64,000 nt of DNA from Nitrospirota bacterium. GTDB lineage: Bacteria; Nitrospirota; Thermodesulfovibrionia; Thermodesulfovibrionales; Dissulfurispiraceae. The notes under the pieces are model-generated. The model was not told where the DNA came from. It saw nothing but the letters and a program-made list of their open reading frames with translations, and ran no database searches. This document shows positions 1 to 8,945 of the stretch, piece by piece. A program made the translations under genes and the position numbers. Each line of letters opens with the position of its first letter. Position 1 is the first letter of the stretch. Where the stretch lies: positions 14,759-78,758 of the forward strand of contig JAJYVD010000002.1 of assembly GCA_021792185.1 (NCBI GenBank), read 5' to 3'.

Positions 1-72
1 TACTGTTATAGAACGACTCGGACTCAGGAAATAAGCCCGCGGGAAATACAAACTAAGGAGACAGAAAGACAA

Positions 73-2187
73 TTGATGAGAAATGTAGAACTTGAGATTA
101 AAGGTAAGCGTCTGGTTCTTGAGACCGGTCAAATGGCTAAGCAGTCGGGCGGCGCAGTTGTGGTAAAGTACGGAGATACGGTTGTTTTAGCAACGGCAGT
201 TGCGGATAAAAGGGTAAAAGAGGGGTTGGATTTTTTCCCCCTCACCATTGATTATCAAGAGAGAACCTATGCCGCGGGCAAAATCCCCGGCGGTTTTTTT
301 AAACGGGAAGGCAGGCCCAGCGAAAAAGAAATCCTCACCTGCCGCCTTATAGATCGTCCGTTAAGGCCGTTGTTCCCGAAAGGATTTTATCACGAGACTC
401 AGGGAATCGCCTCGGTGCTGTCATACGGCAGTGAAAATGTCGCGGACATTTTAGGCATTATCGGAATGTCCGCTGCCATGCATATATCCGATATTCCCTT
501 TGACGGACCGGTTGCAGCAGTCAGGGTGGGAATGATCGACGGCAGCTTAGTGATCAATCCCGACAATACCGAAACGGAAAGGCTTGCTCTTAACCTCGTT
601 GTAGCCGGGACGGCGGATGCCGTCATAATGGTTGAAGGAGGAGGAGCAGAGGTATCGGAATTATTCATCCTTGAAGCCATTGATTATGCCCATGCGGAGA
701 TTAAACGCATTACGGCGCTGCAAAACGAACTCAGGGACAAGGCCGGAAAGGCAAAGAGGCCGGTCAAACCCGTTGAAGAAAATCTTGCGCTCAAACAAGA
801 AGTAAGAGCCTTTGTTGCGGACAGGCTTAAGGAAGCGATCATCATTCCCGGAAAACATCAGCGGCAGGAAGCCCTTGACATAATCCTTGAAGATGCCGTT
901 AAACATTTCAATACTCCTGAAAACTCAGAGAGGCTTTCAGGAGATGCCGGTAAAAATTTGACGAGAGATATTGCAAATGCCTTTGACTCTTACGAGAAAG
1001 AAATCGTCAGGAATATGATTATCAATGAGGGAATCAGATCTGACGGCAGAAGAACCGATGAGATAAGGCCGATATCCTGTCATCTCGGGTTTCTCCCCCG
1101 CGTGCACGGCTCGGCTCTCTTTATCAGGGGCGAGACTCAGGCGCTTGCGGTAGCGACACTCGGCACAGCGGATGACGAGCAGAAGATCGACTCCCTTGAC
1201 GGAGAAATGTATAAAACATTTATGCTTCATTACAACTTTCCGCCGTTCAGCGTCGGAGAGGTGAAACCCCTCCGCTCTCCGGGCAGAAGAGAGATAGGGC
1301 ACGGAGCGCTCGCGGAGAGGGCTTTGAAGTATGTAATCCCTTCAAGAGAGGCATTTCCCTATACTATAAGGATAGTGTCGGACATCCTTGAATCGAACGG
1401 TTCATCATCAATGGCTACCGTATGCGGAGCAACGCTGTCCATGATGGATGCAGGGGTGCCGCTTTCCTCGCCTGTTGCGGGCATTGCGATGGGGCTTATT
1501 AAGGAAGGAGAACAGGTCGTTGTCCTTACGGATATTCTCGGCCTTGAGGACCACCTCGGCGATATGGATTTCAAGGTTGCCGGCACCGAAAAGGGCATTA
1601 CAGCCTTTCAGATGGATTGCAAGATCAGCGGCGTAAGCAGAGCAATTATGGGGACAGCCCTTGAACAGGCCAAAAGCGGGAGGCTTCATATCCTCGGTAA
1701 AATGAAAGAGGCGCTGCCTTCTGCAAGAGAGAACCTTTCTCCGCATGCTCCGAGGATATACACCATGCAGATAAAGCAGGACAAAATAAGGGATGTCATA
1801 GGCACCGGCGGGAAGGTTATCCGCGGCATCATCGAACAAACCGGCGCAAAGATAAACGTAGAAGACAGCGGTTTGATCAGCATAGCGTCTTCGGATGAAG
1901 AATCGGCAAAAAAAGCCATGGAAATAATAAGCGGCATAACAGCCGAGGCCGAGCTCGGAAAGATATACATGGGCAAAGTGGTGAGGATAGCCGACTTCGG
2001 AGCCTTTGTGGAAATACTTCCGGGAACCGACGGCCTTTTGCATATATCGCAAATATCGGATAAGCGCATAGCGAAAGTTACGGACGAAATCAATCTCGGC
2101 GACGAAGTAATGGTCAAGGTTATCGAGATAGACCCTCAGGGAAGAATCAGGCTCAGCAGAAAAGAGGCGATGAGAGAAAAGCGTTAA
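73..2187 (+). CDS. pnp: polyribonucleotide nucleotidyltransferase (PNPase)
   Basis: 704-aa ORF with two RNase PH-like halves followed by KH and S1 segments (C-terminal GKVVRIADFGAFVEILPGTDGLLHISQ). Length and order are typical of PNPase. Confidence 0.95.
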   Translation: MMRNVELEIKGKRLVLETGQMAKQSGGAVVVKYGDTVVLATAVADKRVKEGLDFFPLTIDYQERTYAAGKIPGGFFKREGRPSEKEILTCRLIDRPLRPLFPKGFYHETQGIASVLSYGSENVADILGIIGMSAAMHISDIPFDGPVAAVRVGMIDGSLVINPDNTETERLALNLVVAGTADAVIMVEGGGAEVSELFILEAIDYAHAEIKRITALQNELRDKAGKAKRPVKPVEENLALKQEVRAFVADRLKEAIIIPGKHQRQEALDIILEDAVKHFNTPENSERLSGDAGKNLTRDIANAFDSYEKEIVRNMIINEGIRSDGRRTDEIRPISCHLGFLPRVHGSALFIRGETQALAVATLGTADDEQKIDSLDGEMYKTFMLHYNFPPFSVGEVKPLRSPGRREIGHGALAERALKYVIPSREAFPYTIRIVSDILESNGSSSMATVCGATLSMMDAGVPLSSPVAGIAMGLIKEGEQVVVLTDILGLEDHLGDMDFKVAGTEKGITAFQMDCKISGVSRAIMGTALEQAKSGRLHILGKMKEALPSARENLSPHAPRIYTMQIKQDKIRDVIGTGGKVIRGIIEQTGAKINVEDSGLISIASSDEESAKKAMEIISGITAEAELGKIYMGKVVRIADFGAFVEILPGTDGLLHISQISDKRIAKVTDEINLGDEVMVKVIEIDPQGRIRLSRKEAMREKR

Positions 2188-2265
2188 GCGTGGAGCGTGG
2201 AGCGTTATAGCGTGAAAGGAAACGCAATAACGCCATAACACACAACGCTATAACGCTATAACGCA
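2181..2265. repeat. intergenic palindromic array of 7-8-mers (GCGTnnn units on the left, ACGCnnnn units on the right)
   Basis: Read directly: gcgttaa gcgtgga gcgtgga gcgttata gcgtgaaaggaa acgcaata acgccata acacaca acgctata acgctata acgc. The right arm is the reverse complement of the left-arm unit type. It lies between the pnp stop and the next start codon. Confidence 0.7.
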
Positions 2266-2266
2266 T

Positions 2267-3511
2267 ATGTTTACAAAACGCCACCTCGATAACGGCATCC
2301 CGGTTGTGATGGAGCAGTTGAAGAACTTCCGCTCCGTCATACTGGGCGTATGGGTCAAGGTCGGCTCCCGCAACGAAATACCCGAAAAGAGCGGTATCTC
2401 TCACTTTCTCGAACATATGTTTTTCAAGGGCACGAAAAAGCGCACCCCTACCGATATATCCATAGACATAGACTCTCTCGGTGGAGACCTCAATGCCTTC
2501 ACGTCGAGAGAGAGCACCGCTTTTTATGTAAAGGTGCTTGACGAGTACATAGACAAGGGCATCGAACTGCTTTCGGACATATTTCTGCATTCCACATTCG
2601 CCGAAGAAGAACTCGAAAAAGAAAAGGGCGTTATAAAGGAAGAGATAAAGTTGGTCGAAGACACGCCGGATGACTATATCCATGACCTTTTCAGCAAGAC
2701 GGTATGGGGAGATGTTGGCCTCGGGCAGCCTGTTTTGGGCAGGCGCGATACCATTAAGGCGATAACGCGAGATGATCTGATCAATCATGTAAGGAAGTAT
2801 TACGGCACTACGGATACTGTAGTGGCATGCGCGGGTAATTTCGAACCTGACAGGGTGGTAAACCTGCTCAACCATCACCTCGGAGGCCTTAGGAGAGGCT
2901 CCGAGCCGGAAATGTTCTCTCCGCCGGCATTTAAAAGCGAAATCGCCGTTTATCCAAAAGACCTCTCCGAGACCCATATATGTTTCGGCGTAGAGGGGCT
3001 TCCGTATGCGAGCGAGCAGCGGTATATCCTCGCCATTTTGAATTCCATAGTCGGTTCGAGCGTAAGCTCCCGGCTATTCCAGGAAATAAGGGAGAAAAAA
3101 GGATACGCGTATTCCATATATTCATTCGCGTCGTCTTACAAGGACGCCGGACTCTGGGCGGTATACGCCGGAACGGGCAGGAAAAGGGCTGTAACCGTTA
3201 CCGAACTTATCGTCAAAGAGATGAAGGGCCTTTATGAGACCGTTTCGGATGTGGAGTTGAGAAGGGCGAAGGATCAACTCAAGGGGAATTTGGTGCTCGG
3301 CCTCGAATCGACGAGCAGCAGGATGCAGAGCATAGCCCGTCAGGAAATGTATTACGGGAGATATTTTTCGCAGAAAGAGATAATGAAGGAAATAGAGAGC
3401 GTAACGCTCAGGCAGGTAAAGGATCTGTCATGCCGGCTTATCAATCAGGGCAGGATGAGCCTGACTGTTTTCGGCCGGGTGAAAGGGGAAGATTTCAAGG
3501 GACTGTTTTAA
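2267..3511 (+). CDS. M16 family zinc metallopeptidase (insulinase-like, no signal peptide)
   Basis: 414-aa ORF with the HxxEH zinc motif (HFLEHMFFKG) near the N-terminus and M16 two-domain length. Confidence 0.85.
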   Translation: MFTKRHLDNGIPVVMEQLKNFRSVILGVWVKVGSRNEIPEKSGISHFLEHMFFKGTKKRTPTDISIDIDSLGGDLNAFTSRESTAFYVKVLDEYIDKGIELLSDIFLHSTFAEEELEKEKGVIKEEIKLVEDTPDDYIHDLFSKTVWGDVGLGQPVLGRRDTIKAITRDDLINHVRKYYGTTDTVVACAGNFEPDRVVNLLNHHLGGLRRGSEPEMFSPPAFKSEIAVYPKDLSETHICFGVEGLPYASEQRYILAILNSIVGSSVSSRLFQEIREKKGYAYSIYSFASSYKDAGLWAVYAGTGRKRAVTVTELIVKEMKGLYETVSDVELRRAKDQLKGNLVLGLESTSSRMQSIARQEMYYGRYFSQKEIMKEIESVTLRQVKDLSCRLINQGRMSLTVFGRVKGEDFKGLF

Positions 3512-5211
3512 TGCTCCGCGAACTGAGAATCAGAAATTTCACCATAATAGACGACCTCTCAATTCATTTCGATTCAGGCCTGAATGCGCTTACCGGCGAG
3601 ACAGGCGCCGGCAAATCCATAATCGTTGACGCCATAGGACTTGTGCTCGGAGACAAGGCATCCGCCGACATGATAAAGTCGGGAAGCAAAGAGGCGGGCA
3701 TCGAGGCGTATTTCGACAATTCAAACCATCCCGCGCTAAAAGAGCTTTCCATAGAGAGCGATGAAGGCATATCGGTAAGAAGAAACATACCCTCTCAAGG
3801 CAAAGGCAGGGCTTATATAAACGATACGGCGATAAGTCTTCAGACCCTTGCCGGTATAGGCGAAAGCCTTATTAATATTCACGGCCAGCACGAACATCAG
3901 GGGCTTTTAAAAAAAGAAAGCCATCTCATATTGCTGGACGGCTTCGCGGGACTGACCGGAGAAGCCGCCTCATTGAAAGACATATACGATGAAGTTCTGG
4001 CACTCAGAAATAAAGTCAATCAGCTTAAAGAGCGCATCAGGGAGAGGAGCCAAAGGATAGAGTTTCTGAGATTCCAGATAAACGAAATAGATGCCGCAAA
4101 CCTCAAATCCGGAGAAAAAGAGGTCGTAGAAGATGAGATGAAGATCCTGCTCAATCTTAATAAGCTCAAGGAGTGTTCTGAAACTGCATACGGCCTTATC
4201 TATGAATCGCAAGGCTCGTGCATCGAGCAGATGTCGCAGGCATTGTCGAAGATAAGGGATATGGCCGGATTCGACGAAAGCGCAAAGGAGCTTCTCAATA
4301 TAATGGAAACAACTATTCCCCAGATAGAGGATGCCGCCCTGCTTCTCAGGAAATTTAAGGACAAATACGATATAGACCCGCAAAGGCTTACGGAGCTTGA
4401 CGAGAGGCTCGATCTCATAAAAAGGCTCGAAAAGAAATACGGCGAAGGCGTTGACGCGGTACTTAAATACAGGGACGATGCGGAAGAAGAATTGAAGGGG
4501 CTCGTCACTGCAGAGGAGCAGCAGGAGAGCCTTCAGTCAGGGCTTGACGCGAAGGAAAATGAGATTAAAGCAATGTCGGACAATCTGTCGAATAAGCGGA
4601 TTGCTGCCGCAAAAAAGATGGAAAAGGCGATATTGGGAGAGCTTCGTGATCTCGGATTTCAAAAGGCGGATTTTAAAGTCGATATAAAAAAGAGGGCTGA
4701 TATTTCAGCGCACGGCAAGGATGATATGGAGTTTTTGTTCAGCGCTAATCCCGGAGAGCCGCCGAGGCCGTTGATAAAGGTCGCGTCGGGCGGCGAACTG
4801 TCGAGGATAATGCTCGCCTTGAAATGCATGGAGATACAGGGAGTTAAGAGTCAAGAGTCAGAAAAAGATAAATGCTCCAAACTCATAACTCATAACTCTG
4901 AACTCCAAACTCTCATCTTTGACGAGGTGGACGCCGGTATAGGCGGCGTTACCGCGCAGCATGTGGGGAAGCGGTTAAAGGAAATTGCCGGAACTTATCA
5001 GGTGCTCTGCATAACACACCTGCCGCAGATAGCGGCTCTGGCGGACAATCATTTGAAAGTTGAAAAAATCATGGGCAGGGACGCGGTAAAAGTGACTGTC
5101 GAACCTTTGACCGGCGGAAAAAGGCAGGATGAGATCGCGAGGATGCTGAGCGGAAAAATCACCGACAGCTCTCTTAAACACGCGAGGGAGTTGCTCGGAG
5201 CCGGGATCTGA
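3511..5211 (+). CDS. recN: DNA repair protein RecN
   Basis: The ATG at 3511 overlaps the upstream stop (TAATG). Walker A GETGAGKS, long coiled-coil middle, SGGELSR signature and FDEVDAGIGG Walker B are present. The 3430 start in the ORF track is an upstream extension overlapping the previous gene. Confidence 0.9.
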   Translation: MLRELRIRNFTIIDDLSIHFDSGLNALTGETGAGKSIIVDAIGLVLGDKASADMIKSGSKEAGIEAYFDNSNHPALKELSIESDEGISVRRNIPSQGKGRAYINDTAISLQTLAGIGESLINIHGQHEHQGLLKKESHLILLDGFAGLTGEAASLKDIYDEVLALRNKVNQLKERIRERSQRIEFLRFQINEIDAANLKSGEKEVVEDEMKILLNLNKLKECSETAYGLIYESQGSCIEQMSQALSKIRDMAGFDESAKELLNIMETTIPQIEDAALLLRKFKDKYDIDPQRLTELDERLDLIKRLEKKYGEGVDAVLKYRDDAEEELKGLVTAEEQQESLQSGLDAKENEIKAMSDNLSNKRIAAAKKMEKAILGELRDLGFQKADFKVDIKKRADISAHGKDDMEFLFSANPGEPPRPLIKVASGGELSRIMLALKCMEIQGVKSQESEKDKCSKLITHNSELQTLIFDEVDAGIGGVTAQHVGKRLKEIAGTYQVLCITHLPQIAALADNHLKVEKIMGRDAVKVTVEPLTGGKRQDEIARMLSGKITDSSLKHARELLGAGI

Positions 5212-5228
5212 GGTAAACTATTAAAGAC

Positions 5229-5486
5229 ATGAATAAATGTGCGGCAGGGATGCCGAAGGCTGCAAAAAAGAAAACTAAAGGCAAGATTGTTATCGACAGG
5301 GAATTGTGCAAGGGCTGTAAGTATTGCATTATGGCATGCCCTAAGGGATCGATAGCGATAGGCAAGAAGTTCAACGGCATGGGTTATTTCCCTGCGCATT
5401 TCGAACATCCCGAAAAATGCACCGGCTGCGCCATGTGCGCGCATGTGTGTCCTGAGATTGCTATAGAGGTATGGAGAGAGGAATAG
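5229..5486 (+). CDS. small 2x[4Fe-4S] ferredoxin-type protein
   Basis: 85 aa with two CxxCxxCxxxCP motifs (CKGCKYCIMACP, CTGCAMCAHVCP). Confidence 0.75.
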   Translation: MNKCAAGMPKAAKKKTKGKIVIDRELCKGCKYCIMACPKGSIAIGKKFNGMGYFPAHFEHPEKCTGCAMCAHVCPEIAIEVWREE

Positions 5487-5497
5487 GGGGTATTTTT

Positions 5498-5713
5498 ATG
5501 GCGGAGAAAGTTCTTATTTACGGAAAGGCGGGCTGACCGTTTACCGAAAAGGCCATGTCGGTCTATGGGGATAAGGCGCGGTATTTCGACGTGAAAGCAG
5601 AGATCGCGAAACTGGATGAGATGCTCAAGCATTCCGGAGGCGTGAGGAAAGTCCCTGTCATAGTGGAGGGTAAAAACGTAACAATAGGCTACGGAGGCTC
5701 CTGAGGCGTTTAA
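5498..5713 (+). CDS. glutaredoxin-fold selenoprotein with two in-frame UGA codons (Uxx-stop type)
   Basis: ATG at 5498. Translation is MAEKVLIYGKAG-U-PFTEKAMSVYGDKARYFDVKAEIAKLDEMLKHSGGVRKVPVIVEGKNVTIGYGGS-U-GV-stop. UGA 5534-5536 occupies the redox-motif position. UGA 5702-5704 lies three codons before TAA 5711-5713. Hairpins follow both UGAs. The gene is absent from the ORF track because of the UGAs. Confidence 0.65.
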
Positions 5714-5858
5714 CCGCCGATAGTTATCGGCTCCATTCATATTTTTAATCTTTAAACAAGCGATTTTATGCGAGCCGTGTTTGCTCGCATATTTCAGAAC
5801 AAGAATCGCTCAATTTAGGTTATAATTTTATATAAGCCGTTTTCACTCAGGAGGACGT

Positions 5859-6185
5859 ATGAAGATAAGAATCGCGTTGTATGTTTTTCTCGCAGCCGTT
5901 CTTTTATTGAACGGTTTGTACGTCTCTGCCGCGCATTCCGGAGAAGCAGAGAAAAAATCCGCGCTCGAGCAGAACAGAACCCAGATAATAGAAGATATAG
6001 AAACGCTGCAGCAGGGCCTGCATAAAACCAAGGAGTGCGTATCCGAAGCGAGAACAGCCGTGGAACTCGAGCGCTGCCGGGAACTTAATAAGATAAGGAG
6101 ATTCGAGGAAGTTCAGGACAAACTGTTCGAAATGGGTATGAGCAGGGAGGAGAGACGGCTGAGGAAATCACCGAGGGAGTATTGA
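5859..6185 (+). CDS. hypothetical secreted protein
   Basis: 108 aa with an N-terminal hydrophobic signal-like segment (IALYVFLAAVLLLNGLYVSAA), then a charged helical region. No recognisable family. Confidence 0.45.
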   Translation: MKIRIALYVFLAAVLLLNGLYVSAAHSGEAEKKSALEQNRTQIIEDIETLQQGLHKTKECVSEARTAVELERCRELNKIRRFEEVQDKLFEMGMSREERRLRKSPREY

Positions 6186-6198
6186 TATAGCCGGATTT

Positions 6199-7515
6199 AT
6201 GCGGTTTTTAAACATTGTCTTAATAATTGTATTTCTTTTTATCCCGTTTGCCGCCGATGCGTCGGTAAAAGAATACACGCTTAAGAATGGCATTAATGTC
6301 TTAATCATTGAAGACCATAAAGCCCCTCTTGCGACATTTCAGATATGGTACAGGGTTGGTTCGAGAGATGAGCCTGCCGGCAAGACAGGGATAAGCCACC
6401 TTCTTGAACACATGATGTTCAAAGGGACGCACAAATACAGTTCAAAGGAGTTTTCCGGAATCATCAAAAGAAACGGCGGCTCGGACAACGCGTTCACCAC
6501 GAAGGATTACACCATGTATTTCCAGACTCTCTCGTCGGACAGGATAGGCATATCCATCGAGCTTGAGGCCGACAGGATGGCGAATCTCCTCCTCGATCCA
6601 AAGGAGGTTGCGAGCGAGAAGAATGTCGTTATGGAAGAGAGGCGCATGCGGTATGAGGATGACCCGCAAAATCTATTGTATGAAGAGGTAATCGCGGCCG
6701 CTTTTAAGGCGCATCCTTATCAATGGCCTGTTATAGGATGGATGTCCGATATAGAATCCATAGGAAGGGAAGACCTCTTTAAGCACTATAAGACCTACTA
6801 TTCCCCTGACAATGCGCTTATCATCATATCCGGAGACGTAAATCCGGACAATGTCGTTGCCGGTGTAAGGAAACATTTCGAGGGCATTCCTAATGCAATG
6901 AAAAACTCCACGGATAAAAAAACCTCGGAGCCCGAACAAAAGGGGGAGAGGAGAATATATCTGAAAAAAGAGGCTGAACTGCCGTATGTTCTTATGGCGT
7001 ATCATACTCCGAGTTTCCCCCATGATGATAGTTTTGCCCTTGAGGTATTGTCCGCAATACTCTCCGGAGGTAAGAGTTCGATTCTCTACCGCAATATCGT
7101 CCGTGAAAAACAAATAGCCCTTAATGCATTTGCCGATTACAACGCATTGCAAAGAGACCCTTTTCTTTTTGTTCTCGGCGCAACGACAGCGCCTCAAAAA
7201 AATATCGGAGATTTGGAGAAAGCCCTCTACGAAGAAATAGAGAAAATAAAAGAAGCGCCTCCGCCTGAAAAGGAAGTGCAGAAGGCGAAAAATCAAATAG
7301 AGGCTTCATTCGTTTTCGCCCAGGACTCCAGCTATTCGAGGGCGCTTTATACGGGCATGTTCGCAATGCTCGGTGACTGGAGGCTCATGGACAGGTATCT
7401 CGAAGGCATAAGGAAGGTAATGCCCGAGGACGTGCAGGCTGCGGCAAGAAAATATTTAACGGATGACAACAAAACAGTCGGAATTTTGGTGCCGGTGAAG
7501 ATGGGCGAAAAATGA
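6199..7515 (+). CDS. M16 family peptidase, catalytic-type subunit, secreted
   Basis: 438 aa with a signal peptide and HxxEH motif (HLLEHMMFKG). It is translationally coupled to the next M16 gene (ATGA overlap). Confidence 0.85.
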   Translation: MRFLNIVLIIVFLFIPFAADASVKEYTLKNGINVLIIEDHKAPLATFQIWYRVGSRDEPAGKTGISHLLEHMMFKGTHKYSSKEFSGIIKRNGGSDNAFTTKDYTMYFQTLSSDRIGISIELEADRMANLLLDPKEVASEKNVVMEERRMRYEDDPQNLLYEEVIAAAFKAHPYQWPVIGWMSDIESIGREDLFKHYKTYYSPDNALIIISGDVNPDNVVAGVRKHFEGIPNAMKNSTDKKTSEPEQKGERRIYLKKEAELPYVLMAYHTPSFPHDDSFALEVLSAILSGGKSSILYRNIVREKQIALNAFADYNALQRDPFLFVLGATTAPQKNIGDLEKALYEEIEKIKEAPPPEKEVQKAKNQIEASFVFAQDSSYSRALYTGMFAMLGDWRLMDRYLEGIRKVMPEDVQAAARKYLTDDNKTVGILVPVKMGEK

Positions 7516-8945
7516 GACAAATAGAGCAGAAGCGCAGAAGCGCAGAAGCGCAGAAAAATAACAGAGCAACAATAAAAAAAGTCTGCATTCCATTTATTTT
7601 CTTTTTCTTCTGCTCTTCTGCTCTATTGATCTTCTGCTCTAACAGTGCTCATGCCCTTGAATTTAAAAAGCAGGTTCTTCCGAACGGCCTGACGGTTCTA
7701 TATGCGGAGAGACATAACCTTCCGGTGGTCATGGTTACCCTTTTGATAAAGGCTTCTCCCCTGAACGAGCCGGAAGATAAAGCAGGGCTTGCGTATTTTA
7801 CTTCAAATATGCTGATTGAAGGAACATCTAAAAGAAAGGCGGCGGAGATCAGCGAAGAGATAGAGTTTATAGGCGCGTCTATGGGAGCGTCAACGACGAG
7901 CGATTATACGACTGTTTCCCTTTCTGTCTTAAAAAAAGACATAGAAAAGGGATTCGAGCTTTTTTCCGACGTGCTCTTGAACCCGTTATTTACGGAGGAC
8001 GAGATAAAAAGGAAAAAGGGAATTATAAAAGGTTCATTAAGGCAGAGCGAAGAGGATCCGTCCTTTATTGCTCGAAGGGCATTTATAAGAGAGGTGTTCG
8101 GAAGCCATCCTTACGGCAGGCTTGTGAACGGAAGCGCCGGGAGCATAGACAATATCGGGAGGGACGACATTGTAAGTTTTTATCGCAAGCACTACCTGCC
8201 TGACAACGCGATCCTTTCCGTGGTCGGAGACCTCACATCAGGCGAATTGGATGCGCTGACGGCAAAGTACCTAAGCACATGGAAGCAGGAAGCAGGAAAT
8301 AGGAAGCAGGGAATAGGAAGCAGGACAGAGAAAGGCAATAAAGCAAAGAAAATTACGGTAATAGACAAAGACGTTACGCAGGCCACTATTATCTTCGGAC
8401 ATGCCGGAATATCCCGCAGCAACCCGGATTATTACGCCGCATCTGTCATGAACTATATACTCGGAGGAGGAGGCTTTGCGTCGAGGCTTATGAAGAGCGT
8501 ACGCGACGAGATGGGTCTCACCTACTCGATTTACAGTTTTTTCTCGGCCAATAAGGAGCCGGGACAGTTCGAGGTTTCTGTCCAGACAAAGAACGAGTCG
8601 GCAGCGACCGTGATCAAGGAAATAGCGAGGCAGGTCAAAAAGATAAGGACAGAGCCTGTCTCGGATCAGGAGCTTCAAGACGCAAAGGCATATCTCACCG
8701 GCAGTTTCCCGAGGAGGTTTGAGACAAGCAGAAGTATAGCGGATTTCCTTGCCGCCCAGCAGTTCTACAATCTGGGAGATGATTATATCGAAAAATACGC
8801 CTCGTATATAAAGGCGGTAACAAAGGAAGATGTCCTGATGGCCGCGCAAAAGTATTTGAGCGCTGAAAACTACGTGCTTGTAACGGTCGGGAATAAAAAG
8901 AAGATAAACCTATCTGATCTTCAGCCTTCTGAAAATATACATTAA
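7512..8945 (+). CDS. M16 family peptidase, non-catalytic-type subunit
   Basis: 477 aa with the M16 fold but a degenerate zinc motif (YFTSNMLIEG). The start overlaps the upstream stop. The N-terminal ~40 codons coincide with a repeat element. Confidence 0.8.
   Translation: MRQIEQKRRSAEAQKNNRATIKKVCIPFIFFFFCSSALLIFCSNSAHALEFKKQVLPNGLTVLYAERHNLPVVMVTLLIKASPLNEPEDKAGLAYFTSNMLIEGTSKRKAAEISEEIEFIGASMGASTTSDYTTVSLSVLKKDIEKGFELFSDVLLNPLFTEDEIKRKKGIIKGSLRQSEEDPSFIARRAFIREVFGSHPYGRLVNGSAGSIDNIGRDDIVSFYRKHYLPDNAILSVVGDLTSGELDALTAKYLSTWKQEAGNRKQGIGSRTEKGNKAKKITVIDKDVTQATIIFGHAGISRSNPDYYAASVMNYILGGGGFASRLMKSVRDEMGLTYSIYSFFSANKEPGQFEVSVQTKNESAATVIKEIARQVKKIRTEPVSDQELQDAKAYLTGSFPRRFETSRSIADFLAAQQFYNLGDDYIEKYASYIKAVTKEDVLMAAQKYLSAENYVLVTVGNKKKINLSDLQPSENIH
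7521..7640. repeat. octamer-array palindromic element inside the 5' end of an M16 gene
   Basis: Left arm is agagcaga + (agcgcaga)x3. The right arm has three ttctgctc units with an interposed tattgatc (ttctgctc ttctgctc tattgatc ttctgctc), separated from the left arm by a ~50-nt A-rich spacer. The arms are reverse complements. Confidence 0.7.
8281..8326 (+). repeat. tandem heptamer array (GAAGCAG/GAAATAG units) inside the M16 CDS
   Basis: ggaagcag gaagcag gaaatag gaagcag ggaatag gaagcag gacag read directly. It encodes KQEAGNRKQGIGSRTE. Confidence 0.7.

Noticed and set aside
1408-2241. 277-aa minus-strand ORF, with several others at 399-2117, inside pnp
   Set aside because: They lie entirely antisense to a full-length, clearly conserved PNPase gene. 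They have no SD and low-complexity composition, so they are typical shadow ORFs.
3430-3510. Upstream extension of recN offered by the ORF track
   Set aside because: It overlaps the 3' end of the M16 gene in another frame. The conserved RecN N-terminus (MLRELRIRNF) begins at ATG 3511, which is coupled to the upstream stop.
5384-5740. 118-aa minus-strand ORF
   Set aside because: It is antisense to the ferredoxin 3' end and to the glutaredoxin-fold selenoprotein frame. The plus-strand reading has a recognisable fold pattern and SECIS-like hairpins, while this one has no recognisable features.
2181-8326. Possibility that the short tandem arrays are CRISPR arrays
   Set aside because: The units are only 7-8 nt, directly abutting or arranged as inverted arms, with no 25-40-nt repeats, no unique spacers and no cas genes in the window.
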